From: Flaccisagitta enflata
Lineage: Eukaryota
Assembly (NCBI GenBank): GCA_965153355.1
Contig: OZ231126.1
Location: 3,534,001-3,598,000 of the forward strand
Length of the DNA stretch: 64,000 nt
Reading direction: 5' to 3'
The notes below the pieces were generated by a model. The model was not told where the DNA came from. It searched no databases and worked only from the letters and a program-made list of their open reading frames with translations. Shown here piece after piece: positions 29,901 to 42,224 of the stretch. The translations under genes were made by a program, and so were the position numbers. Positions within the stretch are counted from its first letter, which is position 1, and the number at the start of each line of letters is the position of its first letter.

Positions 29901-30637
29901 GATTCTTTAACCCGCTACTTTTGTTCGTTCAACTGTTCGTTCAACCGTTTGTTCGTTCGTTCATCGATCGGTTTTTTGGTTGGTTGCTCTTTTTAGGTGC
30001 GACAAAGCACCTCTATAACTGGCTGTGTCCGTTGGTTGATCGGTCAGTCGGTCGGTCGGTTGATTGGTCGGATAACGCATTCGCTCGACGATCCAGCTTA
30101 TTGGCCTACTTGGCCTTGTTAAAGCAGTTTTTGAATCACTGTCCTCGTCAAAATGCTAGGTTATCCTATTTATTAACTACCTTAGCCCAGCCATACGCTT
30201 TGTTTTACGAACAATATTATGAACACGCATAGATGATTCATCTGTCTGTTCGGTCTGTCAATCATGTGAACTAGGAACAAGGCCAGATACACGGCCAATC
30301 CGTAGTCGCTGCTGGTGGGCAGGGGCAGTAATGCGGGTGGGCAGGGGCAGTAATGCGGGTGGGCAGGGGCAGTATGTGAGTTGGCGGGGGCTGCATTGAC
30401 GCCAGGCAGGAGCTGTGATGGTCAGAAATCCGCTTTTCAGTCGATTTCGTGTCATCAAAATTTTCGCGTGACACTCAGACCAAGGGACACACCCTCTTAT
30501 AGAGTCGCTAGGCAGCGACTAAAAACACGCACGGATCCTGATGTGACGAACGGTCTGTCCGTCTACAGTCCGTCTATTCGTCACGTTTTGGGAAGAACAC
30601 ACATGGATATTAATCATCATCATCATTATCATCAGCG

Positions 30638-30695
<58 letters not shown>

Positions 30696-30762
30696 TATCA
30701 TCGTCTTCATTATCATCCTCATCATCCTCTTCATCTTCATCATCCTTATCATCGTCTTCATT

Positions 30763-30814
<52 letters not shown>

Positions 30815-32428
30815 GTGAGTCAGTAAACCAACTGACTCACCTTCATACCCTCTCCCACGGTATCCCCTGTTGGCACTTTTGATTCCACTATCAAATCACG
30901 AATCACTGGAGTTCACCCTTTTTCAATCAGACTTACGATTCATTATACACGGCAAAAGCACACACTTTACAGCACACTTTTTTTTTCAAATACATATCGG
31001 ACAGCTCATTTTCCTTATAATCAGTCAGCGGACAAAACATAATAGGTATATCTATCATACCGTTGGTTTTGATCCAATATGCTGATAGTAAACAAAATAT
31101 TGTTTGCAACAACTAGACGTTGAAATAACAGCCGGCTGTAATATTACAAAATTGTAGAATTATAGCCAGCTGTATTTCTAACAACTTGTTGTTGCATACA
31201 ACATTTTGTTTGTTACAGCCGGCTGTAACTTGAGCAGCTGATTATCGCATACAATATTTTGTTTTTGAGCAATATGTTGGATCGAAGTCAATAGTCTTAT
31301 ATATATACCTATAGTGTTTTGTCCACTGACTGTAATGCGCCTCTGAAAACGACAATTGAATTCTCATCCTTAAAACTTGACTCATTAACTAATGGAGTCG
31401 CAAACACTAGAAATTGCCGATTTAGATAGTCATTAATTTCGAATGAAAACGCATGCAAATGAGATCGAGCATATTCCAATGAAATCGCATGCATGCACGC
31501 CTCGATATCTGCCTACCGGCGAAATTTCGCGTTCCAGGAGAAAAGTTGATGATTCAGAAATTTCGAAATATATTCAGTTTCACTAATCGAATTGACTACC
31601 ACCAGACTGAGTCTGCCATCATCCTCCTTCTGCCATTAGCATATCCACCTCCTCCTCCTCTTCTTTCTCCCGCTCCTCTTCTTCTTCGCTTCATCACCAT
31701 TTTCCACACTATTCTTGTGACCACATGTTCACGCAACTCTATTATTTAAGGGCAATGTTGTTTCAACTTTCATAAGTATCAGTACCTTGGTAGAGAATGC
31801 CGGCGGTCCCAAATGGTTGACCTCGATTCTTGCCTCTAAGGGTATGGTTTTCTAATCAATGTTGCTAGTGTCAGTACTTCCACCAGTGCATTAGTAATTT
31901 TTGATTGTCGCTTTTGTAAGAAATTTTGTGCATACTTAATGGTATAGGCTTGTCCGAACCTATACTAATGAGGTATGCAGTCAGGTTGATAATTTTGTCA
32001 GGTGAGCATTCTGTTTGTTAAAAATAAAGGATAGTTGTGAGCAATCCGGAGTAAACACCATAGAAAGCTTGCAAGGTTTTCCCGTCCGCAACGACCCCGC
32101 TTCACTTGCTTTGATCGCCTCCCCAATTTTCCTCCTTCCTTTTCGCTTTTCTTTACTTCCTCCTTTACCTTCACATGTTTGCCTTTTTATTTGCTGATGC
32201 GCATGTTCCGTGCGCCAGTCTGTCCATCGGCCCGTCCGTGATACTCGAATTGAAACAGTGAAAACGCGCTTATCCGCTCCTGCCTCCGCTCCGCAACGAT
32301 ATTGTATCCCTTGTTCACCTACTTTCTGTTGTCTTTACTTTATTTTCTCTCTCTTCCTTATATCCTTATATCATTGCTTCAAATGCTTTATCATTACCTC
32401 TTATAGTTAAAACCTTATCACTTCTTTC

Positions 32429-32785
32429 CAGGGGTGTATAAAATGAATTATAATTGAGTCGCTTTTGATTTTTTATTCCCCTTCCTTTGATTTTCTTCCC
32501 CGCAACGCGTCGCGTCGCGATGCGTTTTTATATCTGTGATTTTCTTCCCTATATAGCAATAAAACAATGTATTTCAGGTTTAAATAGTGTTAAATTGTGT
32601 TTTACTAATTGTGTGTTATGATTTGGTACTGTCATAAGTTAAGTTATAAGTCATAAGTCATAAGTCATAAGTCATAAGTTAAGTTTTATAAGTTAATTTC
32701 CTTTTTTTTCCCCCTTTGATTTCCTTCCCCATCTCCAGACCCTTTGATTTCCCCCCCCCCCCCAACTCAATAATATACAGGCCTG
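32429..32785. mobile_element. hAT-type MITE
   Basis: Imperfect TIRs CAGGGGTGTATA / TATACAGGCCTG; 8-bp TSD cttctttc on both sides. Confidence 0.85.
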
Positions 32786-33207
32786 CTTCTTTCATCAATT
32801 CCCTTACTTCTCCCTCCCACCTCTCTTCTCCATTCCTCCTCCTCTCCATCACCCTCTTTCCTCCCTCTCCCTTCCTCTGCCTCTTCATCTTCTTCCTCCA
32901 TCACCTTTTTTCCTCCCTCTCCCTCTCCCTCCTGCCTCTTCCTCTTCCTCATCCTTCTTTGCCTCGTGCAAAAATGACTCAACTTAGCTCTTATTCCGCA
33001 ACTTCTAGCTTCTTCTTCTTCTTCGTCTCTTTCTTCTTCTTCTTCATCGTTGTCTTCTTCTTCATCGTCTTCGTCTTCCTCCTCAATTTTCTCGCGTTTG
33101 AGTTTCTTTGACTTCCTCTTCATTATTCCGGTCTTTTCTTTCTCTTTTATCTTTACCTTTATTTTTCCATGTTTCTTTCCTTTGTTATGATAAGTCTTTT
33201 GTAATTT

Positions 33208-33261
<54 letters not shown>

Positions 33262-34046
33262 GTTTACATATTAATTTTAAAATGAGCAATAATCGCCAAC
33301 AATGACTCTTTTTTTGAACATGCTATATGCCCTCGATTGCCCTCATATTTTTTGGTAATTTTATTCTACGTGCTATCTAGATTTACAAAATTTGGTGATA
33401 TTGCGTATTTTTCGTCTTACGGTGACCTCAGACTCGTCAGAATGAGGAAGTTTGGATTTTACCGGCGTTTTTTTTATTCTATTTACTCTCATTTCATCCC
33501 TCCAACTGTGATCTCACTCTTTCTTTTACAAATTCGGTTCCAGTTACAGATCAGCTCCACTTGAGCGCATCCCCGAGGATTGTAAAAAAAAATTTCCTAA
33601 AAACAAAGTGAGTAATTATATATTTTTTTTTCTCGGTGATTTCAATAAGTTTTCTAGATACTTGGCCTAGTTGGTGGGTGCGCTTGAGCGATATGCAACT
33701 GAACAAAAGCATGACGTAAAAACTGTGATTATTGTTCCCTTGAAAATTTTTTTATTGCCATGATTGTATTGATATGATTTCATTCTTCGGGTATTTATGA
33801 AATTATGATTTTTCTATCCATCTTTTTTTCACTCAGATATAGAACTTAAAGGAGAAAGAATTCATCAAAGACTGACACGCGGTCTTGTGACCAAATTCTG
33901 CGCTTTTCTTAATCGCAGAAGTGAAAGAAAAAGCAGAAGAAAGAAAAGAAAAAAAAACAGAAAGCAAAACAGACAGAATTCGCGGAAAAAAACAGGAATT
34001 GTTGGGGGTTTTTTCTCTGCAACGAGAGAAAAGTCGAATTGCAAGA

Positions 34047-37000
34047 ATGTCTGCTCAACCCAAACTCCCTCTCGGCGAGATCAGCGGCTACGACCAGGTA
34101 ACATTACTAAAATTTAACAACAGATAACAACAGTAAACAACAATTAACATTACTAACATTTAACAACAGATGGCGTGTTTTCAAAGTTTCCCTTTTTGGA
34201 TGCGTCCTCGCACCTCTATAGGAAGCTTTGTCTGTCGGTCCGTCTTTCCGTCGGTCCGTCCGACGACGTAAAATCGAGCCGAATCAGGCATACCTAATTG
34301 AGCAAGATTGAGCAAGATTGAGCAATTTTTCTCTCTTGCGCGGGCGATAAATACCTACAGTGGGGTTCGAGGAATAACAGCCTAAACTGGAGGAAGGTAT
34401 TTAAGTGTCTTAATTTCATTTGACAAACTTGATATTTGAAATATAAGTTGTTCACATGATGCTTTTGTCCCTGAGTTTTTTGGTTGCTATGGAAACCAGA
34501 ATTATTTTTTTGAACATTCATAACAATTAGAATATTGATATTTTGACAAATATTATGAGGGAACATTGCTCAGAATTAGATTTGCTACAACTTTCCCACA
34601 GTATGTCCTGTCAGAATATTGCTCGTTAGCCGTTGCTAGGGAGCATCATTTAGTGGTTGCTAGGTGTGATGCCCCCTAGCAACGGCCAAACGAGCAATAT
34701 TCTTACAGAACATACTGTGGGAAAGTTGTAGCAAATTTAATTTTTAACAATGTTCCCTGACAATATTTCTCAAAATATTGATATTTCAGTCGTTATAAAT
34801 GTTTGAAAAAATAATGTTGGTTTCCATAGCAACCAAAAAACTTAGGGACAAAAGCATCGAGTGAACAATTTATATTTCAAATATCAAGTTTAGGCTGTTA
34901 TTCCACGAACCCCACTGTAGTCTCATGAATAAAACGCAAAGGACGCATCTATATAGAGGTCAAATTTCGGCCTTGTTCTTCATTTCTTTTTTGGTGCGTC
35001 TGTCAGAAACGCATCTCTATGAGATGGTCTGTCCGTCGGTCCGTCCGTCTATTTTGCCTGTGCAAAAACCGGTGCCGGGATAATAAGCCAAATTTATAAC
35101 ACGCAGAGACATAGTCCGGACGCGTCGTTGCCCGGTTGGGCATGTTTTTGGTTTTTCCCCCCGTTTTAAGGGATGGAGTGGCGTAGGGGAGTTGTGTGTA
35201 TTAGCCTGTACTGAAATGACTAAAACCAAAAAAATCGAAATTCTACGAGCAGTTCATGTTGTGGAGCTGTCTTGGGTTTCTATTGTCATCATTTTCAGCT
35301 TTTAAAGTTTACATCTTGGTTTCCGCGCCTTACCTTGAACTTCCCATAGGTCAATAGAAAACTAAAAATTTCGAATTGCTCAAATCAAAATTTTGACTGC
35401 AGATTTGAAATCTGCAAAAAAACTGTCTGTTGAAAGTGTTTTTCTTTTTTTCAAAATTCCTTCGTGATCATCATCAAAATCCACGCTAAAGATTTTTAAA
35501 GAAGGTAAGTTGGCAATCATCTAGAATCCGGGATTGAGATTTTCAGAGGCGAAGACAGTAGCTTTTTGTTTCTGTAGGACTCGGGCGAGCACGAGGAAGG
35601 TTATTGACGTTCATTTTACGCTGTTTATGTTTAGGGTTAGGGGTGGGGTTAGGGTTAGGGGTGGAGTTAGGGTTAGGAGTAGGGTTAGGAGTAGGGTTAG
35701 GGTTAGTCGTGAGGTTAGGGTTAGGAGTGGGGTTAGTTAAGGGGTAGGGGTGGGGTTAGGGTTGGGGGTGGGGTTAGGGGTTGGGTTAGGTTTAGGGGTG
35801 GGGTCGGGGTTAGGGGTAGGTTTGGGGATAAGGGTTAGGGTTAAGGTTAGGGGTGCGGTTAGGATTAGGGGTGGGGTTAGGGGTAGGGGTAGGGGTGGTG
35901 TTAAGGTTAGGGGTGGCGTCAGTAGTCTTAGATCATGGTAGATGTCAATTTCAATGGAGCTTTTTCATTATGCGTCTTTAATAAAACAGTTTTACTCAAT
36001 CCCGGATACTAGATGATAGCCGTAAGTTCAATGATTTTACAAAGAAATGAAAAGAAAATGTATGTTTCGCGATATTTGACAGCACTTTTGACCACCTTCT
36101 AAATGAAATATCAAAAAAAGGAAAAAACTTTCAATTGACAGTTTTTTCTGCAGATTCCGAATCTGCAGTCAGAATTAGAATTTGAGAACTTTAAAATTTT
36201 GGAATTCCTATAAGGGTAGGGTTTATAGAAGGTAAGGCGCGGCCACCTAAAAGTAGAATTTCAAAACCAGTATTGATTTCAACAGAAGCCTGAGACAGTC
36301 CCACAACATGATCTACTGGTAGAATGTTGATTTTATTGCTTTTTGGTATGTAGGTACAAGCTAGTGTGTATCTTTGACTTTGAACAAGAATGTCTTCATA
36401 ATGAAAAAAGAGAGACTGAAAAACTGACAGACAGCCTAAAAAGTACATCTAATGTTGACGGATTTCCGTTCCAGAGCCTAGTAGACATATAGAATGGAAC
36501 CGACGATGTGACATACAGAAGGACGGACCGACATTGAGACAATGTGACTTACAGACGGACTGACATTAAGACAATGTGACTTGCAGACGGACTGACATTA
36601 AGACAATGTGACTTACAGACGGATCGACAAAGAGATAAAGAAACATGTAGAGACGGAGTAAGGTGACTTCTAAGAATTGCAGCTGTGACAACATGGCAAA
36701 AAAATGTTTTAGTCAGATGGCGCATTTTGTCCAGGCTAGGCATACAAATGAGCAAGTGAATAAACAATAAACAGAAGGACCAGGGATAAACAAGCCCGAC
36801 CGGGCGATGCGTCCGGACTGTGTCGCTGCGTGTATTGATCATGTGACATATATGGAGAGACAGATGGACGAACAGACGGGTAAAACGACTGAGTAGTAAA
36901 GGAGGCTCTCAAAACATGTTGGTTGATCACTTGTTTCATTCTATGATCTCACCATGGGCAGAACGCGGTTTTCACACAGGCGTAACAGACGGACCGACGG

Positions 37001-39393
37001 ACGGACGGTTTGATGGACAGACGGACGGACGGACAGACCTTATACAGATGCGTTCCTGACAGAGGTATCTTAAAAACAGGAAAGAGACCTCAAAAGACCT
37101 TAAGAAGCGCCATCTAGTTCATTTAACAAGCGCATGACTATAGTTTCGACTCCCATCATACATCTAAGTCGTCAACAGGACTACTAGAGATCATGTCCGT
37201 CGGTCAGTCAATCGGTCCGTCGCGTTTACGGTTGACCTGACCTGGCCCCAGATGTTGGCTCTCTTTCGCAGTTATCATCCCTCAGTTGTTACCTCCGTTG
37301 GATATTTTCATTATCATTTAGAAAAAATATTTGAAATGATTTTTACAACAACTATGAATATTTAATCCACGCAACGAACAATTTTAAATCAAATTCTATA
37401 AATATTTATCAAATATTCAAATTACTTGGTTTAAATTTTCAACGAGAAAATCAACAAACATTAACTACTGCATATTATTATCTTTTTTCATCAGGCCTGT
37501 CTATTATTGAGTTCCCCCCCCCCCGTGGGGGGGGGGGGAATCAAAGGGTCTGAAGATGGGGAAGGAAATCAAAGGGGGAAAAATAGAAAAAAAGGAAATT
37601 TGGGGAAATAAAAATGTAACTTTTGACAGTACCAAATCATAAAGCTTAATTAGTAAAACACAATTTAACAATATTTAAACCTTAACTACATAGTTTTATT
37701 GCTATATGGGGTAGAAAATCATAGATATAAAAACGCGACGCGACGCGTTGCGGGGAAGAAAATCAAAGGCAGGGGGGGAAAAAAATCAAAAGCGACTCAA
37801 TAATATACACCCCTGTTTTTCATCTATCGAGGGGTGGGGCCATGGGGGAGGGGGGGTTGTAGAAAAGATTTGCATTAATCAGTATGCAGTCCACATAGGC
37901 CCACTAATGAACACCTGGTTGTCAGTATGCAACTTGGTCTCCACAGCGAGAAAGGAGGAAACGCAATTAGACATTCATCATCATTAACATTACCGAGGAA
38001 GAGAGAGAAACCACTCCATTTATATAGGGGTGGTGCGAAGAGGGGAGAAAGGATATCGAGAAACCGTTCGGGGTGGGAAAGGGTGGGGGGTAGGTAGGGT
38101 TGCTGGTAGATTGGTGGAAGTGCCTACAGTAGCACAGTTAGAGACGAGGACGTTAAAGATGAGGACGTTGACGACATTAAACACGACGACCATGACTTTA
38201 AAGACGACAATGATGACGACGGGAGGGGGAGTTGGCTCAGTGGTAGAGAGTGGGCTTGTGATCCTTTGGGTCACAGGTTCGATTCCCGTCATGGGTGATT
38301 CTTTTCAACGGAGGTTGAAAGGCTAATCCTTGAACAGGGAATTACACGGGTTTCCTGGATAATTCCAGCAATAATGCTAGCTAGCTAGAGGGAGGGTAGG
38401 CCATATGACATCATGGTGCGGAATCTGACATTGCCAGATGATTGCGCCAAATGTGTAGGCATATAGCCTCTCCTTACATTGTAAGTGAAGCTGAACGTAA
38501 TTCAATAAACAACCGGACATGATTCCTCCGGACACAACAACAACAACAACGTTGAAGACGACGTAGACGACAATAACGACGTATAGCGTAGACGACCGTG
38601 GCGACTGTATTTCCTTTCGGTTTGCGTTTAAGGAGGCAATGACCTGAAGGGCACAGACGCTTCAGACGGCCAACTAACCAACCCCCCCCCCGGCGGCCAA
38701 CCTACGAACAACCCCTCTCTTACTACCCACCCCCCCCCCACAAAAGACGCCTCTGCCAGAGCCAACCGGCTTCTCTGCTTAGTCGAGAGAAGGAAGAAAA
38801 ATGAAGGGGAAAAAAGAAAAAGAAAAATAAAGAGGGAAACGTTGGAAGTTAAAAGTAAAAATCAAACCGGAGAGGAGCAGAAGAAGAAGAAGAAGAAGAA
38901 GAAGAAGAAGAAGAAGAAGAAGAAGAAGAAGAAGAAGAAGAAGAAGAAGAAGAAGAAACAAGAGAAGAAGAAGAAGAAGAAGAAGAAGAAGAAGAAGAAG
39001 AAGAAGAAGAAGAAGAAGAAGAAGAAGAAGAAGAAGAAGAAGAAGAAGAAGAAGAAGAAGAAGAAGAAAGAGAAAAACAAAATGGACAGAATGGAGGAGT
39101 AAGAGATTGAGAAGAAGAAGAAGAAGAAGAAGAAGAAGAAGAAGAAGAAGAAGAAGAAGAAGAAGAAGAAGAAGAAGAAGAAAAGAAAGAAAAAGAAAAA
39201 GAAAAAGAAAAAGAAAAAGAAAAAGAAAAATATTGTGCGAAGAGTAGGGAGGTCAAATTGTCAGGGCGTGCGACTAGCACTGCCCCTGTCCAAATTAAGA
39301 ACCGGTCAAACGGTCATTGAATTCATTGCCCCAGCACATCCTCACATACTTGCAGTACATAATCGCCAGATAGACAAGTCGCTCGCTCTCTCT

Positions 39394-39456
<63 letters not shown>

Positions 39457-41145
39457 CAAATGCCATACCATCATTTCTGTATTATCTTGTGGAATTACGT
39501 TAAATTTTGTCGGCTTCTAGCAAAAGGTGTTTTTATAACCTTCTAACTTGGCGTCTTATGCCGTTTTTTTCCCTCGCCGCCCACAAGCTCAAGAACATCA
39601 TTTGCATATCAAGAATATCAGCTGCAATACTCGTAAAATCTGAAATACTTGCGAAAATTCCAAAATCAGAAATAATTTATAGGAAAAGTTAGATGAAACA
39701 TGATGCCGCGGGTGGGCAGGGGCAGTGAAGCTGTGGCTAAGAGACAGCGGACAGGGGAAGTGCACAAAATCGGTGACAAGAACACTTTTTACTATCTGTG
39801 ACTGACGGACTGATCTACCACCCCAAAGATAGACAGTAACTGCGAATGAGATACAGACATAAAATTCGTCAATCGTCACATCATCAAGGAAGGGCTGGTT
39901 CGAGTGGTTCGTCCGTCATTGAATTGAACATTTGACACCCACTCTCTTTATCATTTCGCTTTTGTCTTCCTTTTGTTGTTTTCTTGTTGTTGTTTTTTCG
40001 TTGGCAGTGGATCCGAGTAATCCGGGCAGTAAATCGATTCCAGATTCAAGAACTAAAATATCTCAATTGTCTCAGCTTATTTCTCTCACGTTCTCACGAT
40101 TCTTTCCCGAATTCTATTTAACAATTAACACCCAAAACAAAAACAAATTCTTTTACAACCGGCTCTTACTTGATTACAAGACATAACGGATTATTAATAC
40201 TTGCCAAAATGAATAGGATATTGCTAAATATTCAAATTGTAGATAGGTAAATTAACAATATTTTGTGGGGCGGACTTCCGATTCTGGCGGGGTCAGACAA
40301 GACGATCAGTTGTACATTTTCCTTGCTGTCTATGTTGACAGGTGTTTTGAAATTCGAATCTAGAATTTTTCCCACCGTGTTCAAGCCAAATTTTTTTTCA
40401 CTATGAACTAGAAACTAGTTGCTGGTAGCGAGCTAGTTTTTGAATTTTCTCCACCAGTCGATGAATGAGCATTGAAATGCAAGGCCTCGAATGCGTGTGT
40501 TTTTAGATTAAAGTCAGAGGACTAGTAACTCTACATAAGAGGTTTTGTCCGTCTGTCAGTCAGTTCATAACGCACAAATCAAAAAGTGTGAAAAAGCACA
40601 TTGGAAATGCCGCAGGTGTGTGGGAGCGGGGAGTGTAGAGGGTAGGGGGTTGTTCGCTACTGCCCACCCGCCCGCGACGACATTGTAACCCCGCGTTTCT
40701 TTTTTCTTATGAAAAGTGCAACAAAAAGTAACTTTAAAAAAATCTTGAAAAAAAACTGTTTTTTTTTTTTACAAATTGTCTCATAATTTAATTCAAAACC
40801 TCCCCTCTACACTCCCCGCTTTCACACACCCACGGCATTTCCAATGTGCTTTTTCACACTTTTCAATTAGCACTTTATGAACTGACCGATAAGTTGACCG
40901 ACGGACGGACGAAACCTCTCATGTAGAGTTGCTAGTCTGCATTCGAGGCCTTGCATTTCAATGCTCATTCATCAACTGGTGGAGAAAATTCGAAAAATAG
41001 CTCGCTACCAGCAACTAGTTTCTAGTTCATAGTGAAAAAGAAAATTTGGCTCGAACACAGTGGGAAAAATTCTAGATTCTCAATTGTCAGATAATGAGTT
41101 GAATATCATATTCAATAATTACATTATTACCAATAAAGGCGGCTA

Positions 41146-41228
<83 letters not shown>

Positions 41229-42224
41229 AAGAAAGAGAGAGAAAGACTCGAATCCTCGGTTTTTGGGAAACTGCGAAAAATGCGGAAAAATAAAAAAAGA
41301 TTCAAAAAATCATAGCTCCGGAACTATTGATCGCACAGAATTCTGCTTGGCGTCATCTGAAAGAGGAGAATTAGCTCTTTCTTAGCTATTAATTTCATGC
41401 GTAGTCCCATTCTGCCCCCAAAATGCATCAACTTTCCCAAGCGCTTCATGGGAAAAAGGGAAATCCAAAAAACTCTGCAAGACTCAAAAAGACCGAAGGG
41501 ACTTCGTCTCTTCGACTTTTTTCCAAATCATTCTCATCACCGCCGCCGACATTCACCTGACTCCCCTTTTCTTCTTTCAAAACCCCCCTCGCTTCACCCC
41601 ATTCACTTCCCCCGTCAGTCTCGCCTCCTCCCCTCCCGCCCCTTCTCTTTTCCCCGTCCTCTGTCTAGACTTACACTCGAAAATTTTTCTAGGTCAGTCA
41701 GTAACTCAATATTTTGCTTGGACCGGCTCAGCACTTTCAATACTGCACGTTTCAAATTTCTGGCTCAAATACTTTAGAAGTTATGAGCATTTGTTTTTTG
41801 AAAAAAAAAGTGAAAATACAAAATTCAAAATTTTGGTAAATGAGATGAACAGAGTTATGTGCATATGCCAAGGTATCTTTCAGGACCAAATTCAAGCAGA
41901 TTAGTTTATGCTAGTCTTGCTAGAGCTCATGCCGCATTTAAAAGAGAAATTGGAAAATTCACAAGGACTCAGATTCCAGATCTAAGGTCAATCTCTCCAC
42001 TGTCCCTTCGCTTTCCTAACTCGTCCCTTTGTTTTTTTTCCCCCTTTCAGCACCAACTGAAGAAGACTCAAATCTCCGACAAGTCGGGCGTAAGTTCACA
42101 AGACAAGATTCTGGCGACGATCGCGAAAGGCAACGTCAACTTGAAACACGCCGCAGAACCACAAGTCAAAACATGGATGCCCACTAAGGAGGAGATCGAG
42201 GAGGAGAGAAAGCAAATGGCCTGA
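34047..42224 (+). CDS. Two-repeat beta-thymosin/WH2 actin-binding protein, 74 aa
   Basis: Exon 34047-34097 (MSAQPKLPLGEISGYDQ, CAG|gtaac) joins in phase 0 to exon 42051-42224 (HQLKKTQISDKS...NLKHAAEPQVKTWMPTKEEIEEERKQMA*). LKKT and LKH motifs and the PTKEEIEEER tail are beta-thymosin signatures. Probable 5' UTR intron 33608-33836. Confidence 0.85.
34358..34917. mobile_element. Palindromic Tc1/mariner-type MITE
   Basis: TA|CAGTGGGGTTCG...CGAACCCCACTG|TA; nearly the whole element is an inverted repeat; inserted inside a Helentron-like element (34195-34977). Confidence 0.82.
35200..36365. mobile_element. Foldback element with ~340-bp diverged arms around a degenerate telomeric-repeat tract
   Basis: Arm matches such as ctagaatccgggattgag / ctcaatcccggatactag and ccgcgccttacctt / aaggtaaggcgcgg; (TTAGGG)-like tract at 35631-35915. 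Confidence 0.7.
37492..37815. mobile_element. hAT-type MITE (same family, opposite orientation)
   Basis: CAGGCCTG...ATATACACCCCTG; 8-bp TSD tttttcat; empty site in the paralogous block near 58700. Confidence 0.88.
38221..38550 (+). mobile_element. tRNA-derived SINE with (CAA)n tail
   Basis: Pol III A box TGGCTCAGTGG and B box GGTTCGATTCC; tRNA-like head whose acceptor stem does not pair; (caa)n tail. Absent from the paralogous block at ~59085. Confidence 0.78.
40356..41079. repeat. Long inverted repeat (~280-bp arms, ~155-bp spacer)
   Basis: 40356-40642 is the near reverse complement of 40799-41079, e.g. tagttgctggtagcgagcta / tagctcgctaccagcaacta. Confidence 0.85.

Larger units (their letters stand above)
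36440..39897 (+). repeat. ~3.4-kb composite block, copy A (copy B at 57070-61916)
   Basis: Colinear similarity from aagtacatctaatgttgacgg to catcaaggaagggctg, with different insertions in each copy. Confidence 0.9.

Noticed and set aside
35631-35915. True telomere or chromosome-fusion scar
   Set aside because: Short, degenerate, single orientation and embedded within a foldback element.
38225-38295. Functional tRNA gene (TGT anticodon loop)
   Set aside because: Acceptor and anticodon stems pair poorly; it has a long body and (CAA)n tail and is absent from the paralogous site, consistent with a SINE.
40209-40246. Alternative first coding exon for thymosin (ATG...AG|gtaaat)
   Set aside because: Ends in phase 2, incompatible with the phase 0 acceptor at 42051, and has no thymosin similarity.
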